A stretch of 64,000 nt of DNA, taken from assembly GCA_018814405.1 (NCBI GenBank), contig JAHIZO010000005.1, positions 234,684 to 298,683 of the forward strand, written 5' to 3'. The position numbers and the translations under genes are program-made. The notes beneath the pieces were generated by a model. The model searched no databases and was not told the DNA's origin. It saw only the letters and a program-made list of their open reading frames with translations. Positions 31,538 through 40,199 of the stretch are shown in pieces; within the stretch, counting starts at the first letter, position 1, and every line of letters begins with the position of its first letter. The stretch is from Gammaproteobacteria bacterium (lineage in GTDB: Bacteria; Pseudomonadota; Gammaproteobacteria; Burkholderiales; Gallionellaceae).

Positions 31538-33109
31538 TTACTTGCGGAACATCGACAGCATGCGCTTGGTCACGGCAAAACCGCCGAACATATTCACCGC
31601 AGTGAGCCCAATAGCCACCACAGCCAGCCAGCGTATCCAATCTTCTGGCCGCTCCAGCCCCAACATCGTCGGCGGTGCGATCTGCACCAGCGCACCGATG
31701 GCGATGATGCTGCTGATCGCATTGGTCACACTCATCAGCGGGGTATGCAGCGCCGGGGTGACGTTCCACACCACCATATAGCCGACGAAACAGGCCAACA
31801 CGAACACGGTGAAGTGTCCGAGGAAGGCTGCGGGCGCGTAGGCGCCGATGAGCAGGAACAGCAAGGCCACCGCGATGAACAGACCTGCGATCTTACCGGC
31901 AGATGCTGGCGTGCCAGCACTACCATGCCCGGCAGGCGCTGCGACCGGTTTGGCTGCTGGCTTGGCGACAGGCGCAGGCATCTTCAGCGGCGGCGCTGGC
32001 CAGGTGATCTCGCCATCCTTGATCACGGTCAGGCCGCGGATCGCATCATCTTCCATGTTGACGTTGATGATGCCGTCCTTGGTCTTGCACAACTCTTCGG
32101 CCAGACGGAACAGGTTGGTGCTGTACAAGGTGGAAGACTGCTTGGCCAGACGACTGTTCAGATCGGTATAACCAACGATGGTCACGCCATGCTTCACCAC
32201 CGCTTCACCGGGAACGGTCAGTTCGCAATTTCCGCCCCGCTCTGCTGCCATATCCACGATGACGCTGCCGGGTTTCATGCTTTGTACCATCTCGGCAGTG
32301 ATCAAACGAGGTGCGGGCTTGCCGGGAATCAGTGCGGTGGTGATGATGATGTCCACCTCGCTGGCCTGTTTGGCGTACATCTCGCGCTGCGCCTGCTGGA
32401 AGCCTTCGCTCATCACTTTGGCATAACCGCCGCCGCCGCCGCCCTCTTCTTCGTAATCGACTTTTACAAATTCACCGCCCAGAGATTTGACCTGATCGGC
32501 CACTTCGGCGCGCGTATCGTTGGCACGCACGATGGCTCCAAGACCGGCAGCCGTACCGATGGCGGCCAAGCCGGCCACACCGGCACCGGCGATGAACACC
32601 TTGGCTGGCGGAACCTTGCCCGCAGCGGTGATCTGTCCATTGAAGAAACGACCGAAGGCATTGGCGGCTTCGATGACGGCGCGATAACCGGCAACACCGG
32701 CTTGTGAGGTGAGCGCGTCCATCTTCTGGGCGCGGGAAAGCTGGCGTGGCAAGGTGTCGATGGCGAGCACCGTTGCTTTTTTCGCGGCCAGTTGTTGCAT
32801 CAACTCGGGGTTTTGGGCGGGCCAGATGAAACCGATCAAGGTGATGCCTTCGCGCATCAACCCAACCTCGGCACTTGTTGGAACGGCCACCTTGAAAACG
32901 ATATCGGACTCGGCCCACAGCTTTGCAGCACCTTCGATGATCTCGGCACCCGCAGCGCGATAGCTATCATCATTGCAATTCGCCTGATCTCCGGCGCCAG
33001 ACTCAACCGCGACTTGGAAGCCCAGCTTGATGAGCTTCTCTACGACTTCCGGTACTGTCGCAACGCGTTTCTCGCCTGCATTCGTCTCCGCAGGAATCCC
33101 AATACGCAT
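31538..33109 (-). CDS. pntA: NAD(P) transhydrogenase subunit alpha
   Basis: [38 protein letters not shown]. Confidence 0.95.
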   Translation of the reverse strand: MRIGIPAETNAGEKRVATVPEVVEKLIKLGFQVAVESGAGDQANCNDDSYRAAGAEIIEGAAKLWAESDIVFKVAVPTSAEVGLMREGITLIGFIWPAQNPELMQQLAAKKATVLAIDTLPRQLSRAQKMDALTSQAGVAGYRAVIEAANAFGRFFNGQITAAGKVPPAKVFIAGAGVAGLAAIGTAAGLGAIVRANDTRAEVADQVKSLGGEFVKVDYEEEGGGGGGYAKVMSEGFQQAQREMYAKQASEVDIIITTALIPGKPAPRLITAEMVQSMKPGSVIVDMAAERGGNCELTVPGEAVVKHGVTIVGYTDLNSRLAKQSSTLYSTNLFRLAEELCKTKDGIINVNMEDDAIRGLTVIKDGEITWPAPPLKMPAPVAKPAAKPVAAPAGHGSAGTPASAGKIAGLFIAVALLFLLIGAYAPAAFLGHFTVFVLACFVGYMVVWNVTPALHTPLMSVTNAISSIIAIGALVQIAPPTMLGLERPEDWIRWLAVVAIGLTAVNMFGGFAVTKRMLSMFRK

Positions 33110-33219
33110 GTAACCCTCCTGTAAACCGCATACTGAAACGCCCGGTTGTTCCGGGCGCACTTAATATCGCCCGCAATTATATACGAGCTTTGCGCCTCGC
33201 CCCAGTCCATTGATAAACG

Positions 33220-33244
33220 AAAAAGGCACACCGAAGTGTGCCTT
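33220..33244 (-). terminator. Intrinsic terminator closing the TonB/Csp cluster
   Basis: Minus strand AAGGCACAC-TTCG-GTGTGCCTTTTT (cUUCGg tetraloop). Confidence 0.8.
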
Positions 33245-33268
33245 AAACCTTTTCTCAGGCAGGGATGA

Positions 33269-33709
33269 TCAGGCTGCGATCTTCTTGCACTCATCGTAGC
33301 AAGCGATGCACGACTCTTTGCAGGCCTTGCACTCAGGGTGCTTCTCGGTCTTCTTGCATTCCTCTTCGCAGGCCTTGCACACTGCCATACAGACCTTGGC
33401 GAGTTGCGGCAGATACTTGGAATCCGCAGCTGCCATCTGCTGCAAGGCACCACACATCGAGATCACCTGACTGGAAGTCTTTGCGCATTCCGCCATGCTG
33501 GTGTCGCCCTGCCCCAGCAAGACGATGCAATGCTGCAAGCACAGATTGGCTTTGGTCACGCAATCGGCTGCGGCGGCGATCAGCTTGTCGTTCACCGTTC
33601 CCATGACATGGTGCTCATGCCCCATGTCCATATGTTCGTGGCTGGCACCGAATGCCGTACCGGCCGCGGCCATGGCGACTGCACCAAGCAATAGTTCTCT
33701 GCGATTCAT
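33269..33709 (-). CDS. Tat-exported four-helix-bundle copper storage protein (Csp1/Csp2-like)
   Basis: Twin-Arg signal MNRRELLLG..AFG; His/Met-rich linker SHEHMDMGHEHHVMG; 14 Cys in CxxxC/CxxC arrays (ECKACKESCIACYDECKK). Confidence 0.85.
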   Translation of the reverse strand: MNRRELLLGAVAMAAAGTAFGASHEHMDMGHEHHVMGTVNDKLIAAAADCVTKANLCLQHCIVLLGQGDTSMAECAKTSSQVISMCGALQQMAAADSKYLPQLAKVCMAVCKACEEECKKTEKHPECKACKESCIACYDECKKIAA

Positions 33710-33767
33710 GAATATCTCCTCAAATTGATAGGACTGCCAAGCGGACGGCAGTCTATCCATGCGTGAA

Positions 33768-34181
33768 TTATTTGGAAAGCGTGATGAAGGAAAGCTTGGC
33801 GACTCCCGCCTTCTGCGCCAGCGCCATCAACCCCGCCACGCGACCATAAGACACGGCGCTATCCGCTTCGATCTGCAACTGGAACTGCGGATCGGCGGCA
33901 CGAGTAGCCAGCATCGAAGCCAGTTCGGTGTCGTTCACCGGCTGTTTGTCCATCTCCACCTTGCCCTGTGCATCGACCACCAAGCTGACTTGTTGCGGCT
34001 TGTCGTTCTGCTGCACCGCATCGGTCTTGGGTAGGTTGATCTTGAGCGACTGCGGCGCCAGCAGGGGCGCGGTGATGATGAACACCACCAGCAACACCAG
34101 CATCACGTCGACCAGCGGCGTGACGTTGATTTCGCTCATCATGCTGCCTTCATCTTGTTGGGAAGAATTGCCGAAAGCCAT
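33768..34181 (-). CDS. exbD: Biopolymer transport protein ExbD
   Basis: SEINVTPLVDVMLVLLVVFIITAP. Confidence 0.9.
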   Translation of the reverse strand: MAFGNSSQQDEGSMMSEINVTPLVDVMLVLLVVFIITAPLLAPQSLKINLPKTDAVQQNDKPQQVSLVVDAQGKVEMDKQPVNDTELASMLATRAADPQFQLQIEADSAVSYGRVAGLMALAQKAGVAKLSFITLSK

Positions 34182-34190
34182 ACCCCCTCC

Positions 34191-34847
34191 TTACAGCTTG
34201 AAATCTTGCTTTTGCGCCAGACGCATGAAGTCATGCGCGAAGTTCTCAAGGTCCGTCACATGCACCTTGAGGCGACGCAGGAAGAAGTTATACGCCAGTA
34301 CAGCAGGCAAGGCGGTGGCGATGCCGATAGCAGTAGCGACCAGTGCCTCACCGATGGGACCTGCCACCACATCCAATGAAGCGGTTCCAGTCTGGCCGAT
34401 GTTCTGCAAGGCATGCATGATGCCCCACACCGTACCGAACAAGCCGATGAATGGTGCGGTGGAACCGATGCTGGCCAGTTCGGCCAAACCGCGTTCGTGA
34501 TAGCGCTGGATGTTCTGCAATTGTTGACGCAGCATGCGCTCCAGCACGTCTTGCGGCGCGCCGGAATGTTTTAGATCCTGTTGTGCGGAATTCAGGTTCT
34601 TCAATTCTGAGAATCCAGCCTGTGCCAGCCTGGCGATATCGCCTTTGCTCGATGCGCTGATCTTTTCCGCCCCACTCCACTCACGTGCCGCCCAGAATTC
34701 CCTATTGAAGCGCTGGTCATGCTGGCGTGATTCATATTGCTTCCATAGTTTGAACAAGGCGATGGACCAGGTCACGATGGACAAAAAGATCAGCAACAGC
34801 AAAGTGCCCGATACGATGGGTGAGTTGATGGAAAAGAAATCGTTCAT
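34191..34847 (-). CDS. exbB: MotA/TolQ/ExbB proton channel
   Basis: LASIGSTAPFIGLFGTVWGIM, IGEALVATAIG. Confidence 0.9.
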   Translation of the reverse strand: MNDFFSINSPIVSGTLLLLIFLSIVTWSIALFKLWKQYESRQHDQRFNREFWAAREWSGAEKISASSKGDIARLAQAGFSELKNLNSAQQDLKHSGAPQDVLERMLRQQLQNIQRYHERGLAELASIGSTAPFIGLFGTVWGIMHALQNIGQTGTASLDVVAGPIGEALVATAIGIATALPAVLAYNFFLRRLKVHVTDLENFAHDFMRLAQKQDFKL

Positions 34848-34851
34848 GCGC

Positions 34852-35502
34852 TCATTCCTCTAAAGAAAATTTGATGGGTACCAAGAACCACTGTGTGATC
34901 GGCCGGCCGAAGCGCGTGGCGGGTGAGAATTTCCAAGTCTTGACGGTTTGTAGTGCGGCCCTGTCGAGGATGTCGAAGCCGCTGCTGCTTTGCAGTTTCA
35001 CTTCCCCCGCTCTGCCCTCGGCCAGCACTTCGACATTGAGGACCACCTTGCCCTGATAGCCCATGCGCCGTGCCACCAGCGGATACGGCGGGCGCGGATT
35101 GTTCAGATAGTCGGCGCGGTAATCCGGTTCGGCATCCAGTTGCACGGGGGATGGCGGGGTCTCCATCACAGGAGCGGGCGGCGTCTCTTCCTGCACCGCG
35201 GGTTCGGGTGGTGCTTCCGGTTCGATCACGCGCGGTTTGAGTTCCGGTTTCGGCTCGGGCTTGATCTCGGGCTGCGGTGAGACATCCGCCTGCTGCATCT
35301 TCACATTGGCAAAAGAGATGGACATCTCGTTCACCGCCACCATGGGCGGTTCCGGTTGTGCCAGCCAAAAGACGAACAGCATCAGATGCGCGAGCACCAC
35401 GATGCCGACCACAGTCAGCCGCTCGTACCAGGGCGATTCCAGTGTCGCGTCGTGTAACGCGTTCATATATGTCAGCGGCAGGTTGAGAACAAGGGCCGAC
35501 AT
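34852..35502 (-). CDS. tonB: Energy transducer TonB
   Basis: TM segment with His (LAHLML), Pro/Glu-rich linker, PYPLVARRMGYQGKV..SSG..LDRAA..W.F.P. Confidence 0.88.
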   Translation of the reverse strand: MSALVLNLPLTYMNALHDATLESPWYERLTVVGIVVLAHLMLFVFWLAQPEPPMVAVNEMSISFANVKMQQADVSPQPEIKPEPKPELKPRVIEPEAPPEPAVQEETPPAPVMETPPSPVQLDAEPDYRADYLNNPRPPYPLVARRMGYQGKVVLNVEVLAEGRAGEVKLQSSSGFDILDRAALQTVKTWKFSPATRFGRPITQWFLVPIKFSLEE

Positions 35503-35503
35503 G

Positions 35504-37591
35504 CTACCAGCGCCCCTCCAGCGTCACCAGCAAGGAACGATAGCCGACGCTGCGACTGTTCAAGGAATAGACATCACTGCCATTGGTGAAACGCGTGTTC
35601 TGCACGGTATCCGTCGCCAGCAGATTCTTGGCTGTGGTGCGCAGATTGAACACGGGTGACAGTTTGTACAGCCAGTAAGCATCCAGCGTGGTACGCGCAT
35701 CGGACACGGCATACACCTCGCCCGGGATGTCGGTCACGCTGCGCCCCGATAGTTGCAGCGACACGCCGTAACTGGATTTGAGCGTGGGCAAGTTCTCATC
35801 TAGCCCGGCCGAGAATATGTACTTGGGCGTGTCGCGCGCCATGCGCGAGATGCCGAGGCGCGTATCGTTCACCGTAGCATGTGGCAGGGTCAGATGCGCT
35901 TTGACCGTCGCGCCTTTCCAGCCGTAGGCATCGGTGCGCACTTTGCCGTCCAACTCCCAGCCCCAATGACGCGCACTGCCTTCGTTCTGCGGCCTGTCCA
36001 CCCAGCGGGTGCCTTCCAGTTGCACGCGATGCTCGGTGAAATCCTGTGTGCTGCGTGCGTAGAAGTTGAGCCCGAACACACCGGTGTTATCGGGCAGGTA
36101 ACGCTCCAGCACCGCTTCGAAGTTCACGCTACGCTCTGGACGCAGATTAGGGTTGCCGCGCGTGTCGGCTTCCGTCGGTGTGTTCGCCGCCACGCTCAGT
36201 GTTGCGGCATCGCTGATCTCGCTCAGTCTCGGCATCTTCAGCCCGGCACCCAGTGAGGAACGGACTAGCCATTGTTCCTGCGGTGCCCAGCGGATCGCCA
36301 GCGATGGCATCACTTGTCCGTGCTGCTGGGCGACAGTGCCGGTATCTAGATCGACACGTTCGCCGCGCAGACCGTAGGTGAAGGTGGTCTTGTCGGTCAG
36401 CATCCAGTCGTCCTGCAACCACAGGATGCTTTGCCGTTCCTGATCGGCATAGTTGGACGTCACGCCGGAGAAGGTCTGCGTATCGCTGCGTTTCAGCAAG
36501 GCGTGCTCCAGCCCCACCGCCAGCAGATGCTGTTCGCCCAGCGGCCTGTCCAGCCTGAACGCCATGCTGGTTTCGTGCTCGTTGCTGGCGGTGTCATCCG
36601 TGTTTGTACTGGCTGTGCCCACTGCGTCATGCGAAAAACGCAGCACATGCACATCGCGCGTGCCGTGGTTGAGCGAGACGCGTCCGGTTAGCTTGCTGCC
36701 TCCCAGATGTTTTTCGCCTTCCACGCGCAGCCGTTGCAGACGACGGCGCATCTCCTCGCGGCTGCTGCGGTCGCCATTGCTCACCCTATTGCTGCTGCTC
36801 GCCGGACTGGCTGCTGTCTGCGTCATGTCGCTGTTGCGCTTGCCCAGTCCGTCAAACAACAAAGGCGCGACGGTCAACGTGTCACGCCCCTGCTTCCAGG
36901 TCATGCGTGGCGACATCACGAATTCGCGGAAAGTGAACAGGCCTTCCTCCTTGTCCTGCTCGTTCAATACCGTGACGCCAGCTGTCTCGTTGTGTCGCTC
37001 GATCACGCTGCCGGCAGGACGGCGATGCATATTGAGCGTGATCGGCAGCGTCCAGGCAAAGTCGCCCTCGCCGCCGTTCTCGGTCCAGGTGAACTGGCCG
37101 GTCGGCTCATCACCGTTCATGCCGGCGGCCACTTTTACGGCTGTAGAACGTTTGCTGACCGGTTTCTTCATCACCAGATTGACGGTCACCGATGCCGCAC
37201 CGCCGTATTCCGCAGACGAACCGCGCAGTATCTCGACACGCTCCAGCTCACCCGCAGGCAGACGCCCGACCACCCCCGCCACGATGCGCGAACCGCCCGC
37301 CGGCCGTTCGCCATCCACCAGTATCTGCACGCTGTCGCGCGACATGCCGCGCGCGCGGTGTCCGTCGCCTTTGACTTCCACGCCTGGCAACTTGCCCAGC
37401 ACCTCGCCGATGGTCATCACGCCCATGTTCTCGATGTCCTTGCGACCGATGATCACCTTTTGCGTGGTGGAGTCGCGGCGTGCCGCGATGTCTTCCTGCT
37501 TGCCGGTGACGGTGACTTCTTTTAATGAGGGTTGATCTTCCGCGAATGCCAGAAGCGGGAGAAAGGCGAATAACAGACAGCTACGTTTCAT
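35504..37591 (-). CDS. TonB-dependent receptor (second)
   Basis: Signal peptide, TonB box EVTVTG, plug LERVEILRGSS, GNPNLRPE, C-terminal Trp. Confidence 0.88.
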   Translation of the reverse strand: MKRSCLLFAFLPLLAFAEDQPSLKEVTVTGKQEDIAARRDSTTQKVIIGRKDIENMGVMTIGEVLGKLPGVEVKGDGHRARGMSRDSVQILVDGERPAGGSRIVAGVVGRLPAGELERVEILRGSSAEYGGAASVTVNLVMKKPVSKRSTAVKVAAGMNGDEPTGQFTWTENGGEGDFAWTLPITLNMHRRPAGSVIERHNETAGVTVLNEQDKEEGLFTFREFVMSPRMTWKQGRDTLTVAPLLFDGLGKRNSDMTQTAASPASSSNRVSNGDRSSREEMRRRLQRLRVEGEKHLGGSKLTGRVSLNHGTRDVHVLRFSHDAVGTASTNTDDTASNEHETSMAFRLDRPLGEQHLLAVGLEHALLKRSDTQTFSGVTSNYADQERQSILWLQDDWMLTDKTTFTYGLRGERVDLDTGTVAQQHGQVMPSLAIRWAPQEQWLVRSSLGAGLKMPRLSEISDAATLSVAANTPTEADTRGNPNLRPERSVNFEAVLERYLPDNTGVFGLNFYARSTQDFTEHRVQLEGTRWVDRPQNEGSARHWGWELDGKVRTDAYGWKGATVKAHLTLPHATVNDTRLGISRMARDTPKYIFSAGLDENLPTLKSSYGVSLQLSGRSVTDIPGEVYAVSDARTTLDAYWLYKLSPVFNLRTTAKNLLATDTVQNTRFTNGSDVYSLNSRSVGYRSLLVTLEGRW

Positions 37592-37608
37592 CAGGAAGAA
37601 TTGATTGA

Positions 37609-38256
37609 TTAAACAAATAAAAAGATGCGGCGCAATCCCAGCACGATCAGTACCGCGGCTGCGCCCCAGCGTATCCAGCGTGTCAGCCAGTCGCGGTTGT
37701 CGCGCAGCTGTTTGCCGAGCAGGCTGATCAGCGGTAATAGTATCAGCAGCGGTGTGAGCGCCGCGCCCAATCCGAACATCACGCCATTGGCCATGCCAGA
37801 CTGGATGCTACCTGCCGCCGCGCACACAGCGAGCAAGGATGCCAGCGGCGCACAGGGCGTGAGGCTGAGTGAGAAACCGAGCAGCAATGGCGGCGCACTG
37901 CCCGCGCGTTTTGCTACACCGCACGGCGCATGTGCCGATTTACTGCGCAGCAACCACAGCCCGGCGGCGATGGATGCGGCACCGATGACCAGATTGCCGC
38001 TGCCGCCCTTCATCGCCTGCGACAACCAGCTACCCGCCGCTGCAGCCAGCGCACCCAGCATCGTGTAAGCCAGGATGCGTCCGCTGACGAACAGGGTGGT
38101 ATCGCGCAGTGCCTGCATCTGGCTACCGCCCCGCCCCAAGATCCATGTGCCCATGAACGGCAGACAGGTCGCGGTGCAGGCGGTCAGCCCCAGCGATGCA
38201 CCGAGCAGCCACACGGTGAACAGTGTGGTCTGCTGCGATAGTTGTATCGCATCCAT
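37609..38256 (-). CDS. DsbD_2/TauE-like (UreH-like) six-TM Cys-containing membrane protein
   Basis: GLTACTATCLP (CxxxC), GRILAYTMLG, SLTPCAPL, FGLG. Confidence 0.7.
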   Translation of the reverse strand: MDAIQLSQQTTLFTVWLLGASLGLTACTATCLPFMGTWILGRGGSQMQALRDTTLFVSGRILAYTMLGALAAAAGSWLSQAMKGGSGNLVIGAASIAAGLWLLRSKSAHAPCGVAKRAGSAPPLLLGFSLSLTPCAPLASLLAVCAAAGSIQSGMANGVMFGLGAALTPLLILLPLISLLGKQLRDNRDWLTRWIRWGAAAVLIVLGLRRIFLFV

Positions 38257-38260
38257 CGGT

Positions 38261-39322
38261 TCAGCCCTTGTTCTCTGCCGGTTTGGGCAGGATGGGGATC
38301 ACGCGCTTCTTGGGCTGACCTTCCGGCGATTCATGTTTCACCCGTGCTTTGTAGTAGTCACGCGAAGAGCCGAACAGTCTGAAGCCGAAGAACTTGAGTT
38401 GGATCACATCATCGTCCGGACAGTATTCGGCGCAACGTCCGCACATCGTGCAATCCTCGTGGAAGGCTTTGCTGCCGAACGCGGTGCCGATCTCGTGGAT
38501 GTCCATCGGACAGGCTTTCTCGCACACGCCGCACTTGGCGCATTTTTCGTGCGCATCCTTCTTCACCAGCCGCATCGGCGACAGTTTCTGGAACAGCGCG
38601 TTCCAGGACAGCAGCGGGCAGATGCGGCAGAACGGCTGACGCACGGCCAGCGCGGCGATGATGATGAAGCCGAACATGGCATTTCCCAGCGCACCGAGGA
38701 AGAAATTGATGTTCGTTCCGGTGCGCACGGCGAGTTGTTCGGTATCCGCCGTCAGCAAGGTGGTGGCGATACGCGACGGGCAGACCTGGCAGAACGGGTC
38801 GCCCAGTTCGTTGGCGACGGTGCCCATGCCGGCCAGTGTCGGCAGGCCCAGTACCAGCACCAGCAACATGAACCATTTGACCGGACGCACCGTGCCAACG
38901 CCCTCCTTCGTGAAGCGTTGCAGCGGACGGCCGAGGCGGCGACCGATCTTGTAGATCAGTTCCTGCACCGTGCCCAGCGGACAGACCCAGCCGCAGAACG
39001 CTTTGTTCAAAAAGAAGAAGAACATGAAGAACACACCCACCGTGATCAGTGTGGGCAGGAACACGTTGAGCGCGACATCGCCCGCCTTGGCCAAGGCTGC
39101 CCCGATACGGTGATGCAACTGGTGTTGCGCACTGATCAGGATGCAATGGTCACCGGTCACTTTATCGTAGGCGCATGACAGGGACGGCAGCGCCTTGGAG
39201 ATGCGATCCACGGTGTAACTGCCAAGCAGCGCGCCGCCGTACACGGTGACGAACAACATGATGATCTGCACGGTGAAGCGCAAACGCGCCAGCGTGGGGA
39301 AGATATTCTTAAGCATTTGCAC
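38261..39322 (-). CDS. NapH/MauN/CcoG-like membrane 4Fe-4S protein
   Basis: FCGWVCPLG, FCQVCP, FCRICP, two ferredoxin motifs (CAKCGVCEKACP, CTMCGRCAEYCP) and several TM helices. Confidence 0.82.
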   Translation of the reverse strand: MQMLKNIFPTLARLRFTVQIIMLFVTVYGGALLGSYTVDRISKALPSLSCAYDKVTGDHCILISAQHQLHHRIGAALAKAGDVALNVFLPTLITVGVFFMFFFFLNKAFCGWVCPLGTVQELIYKIGRRLGRPLQRFTKEGVGTVRPVKWFMLLVLVLGLPTLAGMGTVANELGDPFCQVCPSRIATTLLTADTEQLAVRTGTNINFFLGALGNAMFGFIIIAALAVRQPFCRICPLLSWNALFQKLSPMRLVKKDAHEKCAKCGVCEKACPMDIHEIGTAFGSKAFHEDCTMCGRCAEYCPDDDVIQLKFFGFRLFGSSRDYYKARVKHESPEGQPKKRVIPILPKPAENKG

Positions 39323-40196
39323 TCTCCTCTTTCCTGGCGGCTGTCTTGCGATTACGCAGCAATGGTGCAGCGCCGAGCATGCCGACTAGCATGAAGCCCA
39401 TGCCCATCGCCAGACTGCGATTGGCATACGCATCTTCGCCATAGCCGCTGTTGAAGGCGGTCAGATATTGCAGACCGCCCTCGGCATGCGACACCGCCAA
39501 CACGAAGTCGGCGCCGCGTCGCCTGCCATGGCTTTCCACCTGCGCTGCTTCAGCCTTGAAGTCGTTCGGCACCTTCACCTTCACCCCGCCGAGCGCATCG
39601 GTCATGAATTCGGACCGGCTGCCGTTCGAGGTTTCCAGCACGACCTTTTGCGCAACCAGCGGCTGGCCTTTGAAACGCACGGCGAACTGCCAGTCTTCAT
39701 TGGTGCGGTAGCGGGAATGCTCACGCGGATAGGGTTGCGGCACAATCTCCAGCTCGTGCTTGACCTGCTCGAACATGGCGGTCGGGTTCTTGCCGCCGCG
39801 TTCGCTGAAGTAATGCACGGTGGTGGCGACACGCACGACATCGCCCTGCTCTTCGCGTGCGGTCAGCATCTGAAAGCCGCCAGTGGCGGGTTTGTCCAGC
39901 GGCGCACCGCCCATCTCCATAGGCAGTCGACGATGTCCATTCGGGTCATTCAAGTCGTTCGACCAGGCTTCGACCGCATCCGCCGCGATGTTCAGCGGCT
40001 GCATGAGGTAACTGCGCGATGACATATCCTGACTTTTCATGCGCGCTTTGAGTACGGGCAGTTGCGTCCAGGCGCGGGACTGGCTACGCATCATGGCACT
40101 GTGGTCGTGGGTTGCCATCGCAGCGGGTTCGGCAGCGGAGGCTGTCGCGGTGCAAGCCACGAGCAGACAAGCGGAATAGAGGATTCTCATAGTCAT
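39309..40196 (-). CDS. Secreted, C-terminally membrane-anchored DUF4198-like protein
   Basis: Signal peptide (..TASA), THDHSAMM, DUF4198-like F.VRFKGQPL..V..TD..G, C-terminal TM LAMGMGFMLVGMLGAAPLL. Confidence 0.6.
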   Translation of the reverse strand: MTMRILYSACLLVACTATASAAEPAAMATHDHSAMMRSQSRAWTQLPVLKARMKSQDMSSRSYLMQPLNIAADAVEAWSNDLNDPNGHRRLPMEMGGAPLDKPATGGFQMLTAREEQGDVVRVATTVHYFSERGGKNPTAMFEQVKHELEIVPQPYPREHSRYRTNEDWQFAVRFKGQPLVAQKVVLETSNGSRSEFMTDALGGVKVKVPNDFKAEAAQVESHGRRRGADFVLAVSHAEGGLQYLTAFNSGYGEDAYANRSLAMGMGFMLVGMLGAAPLLRNRKTAARKEESANA

Positions 40197-40199
40197 CCC

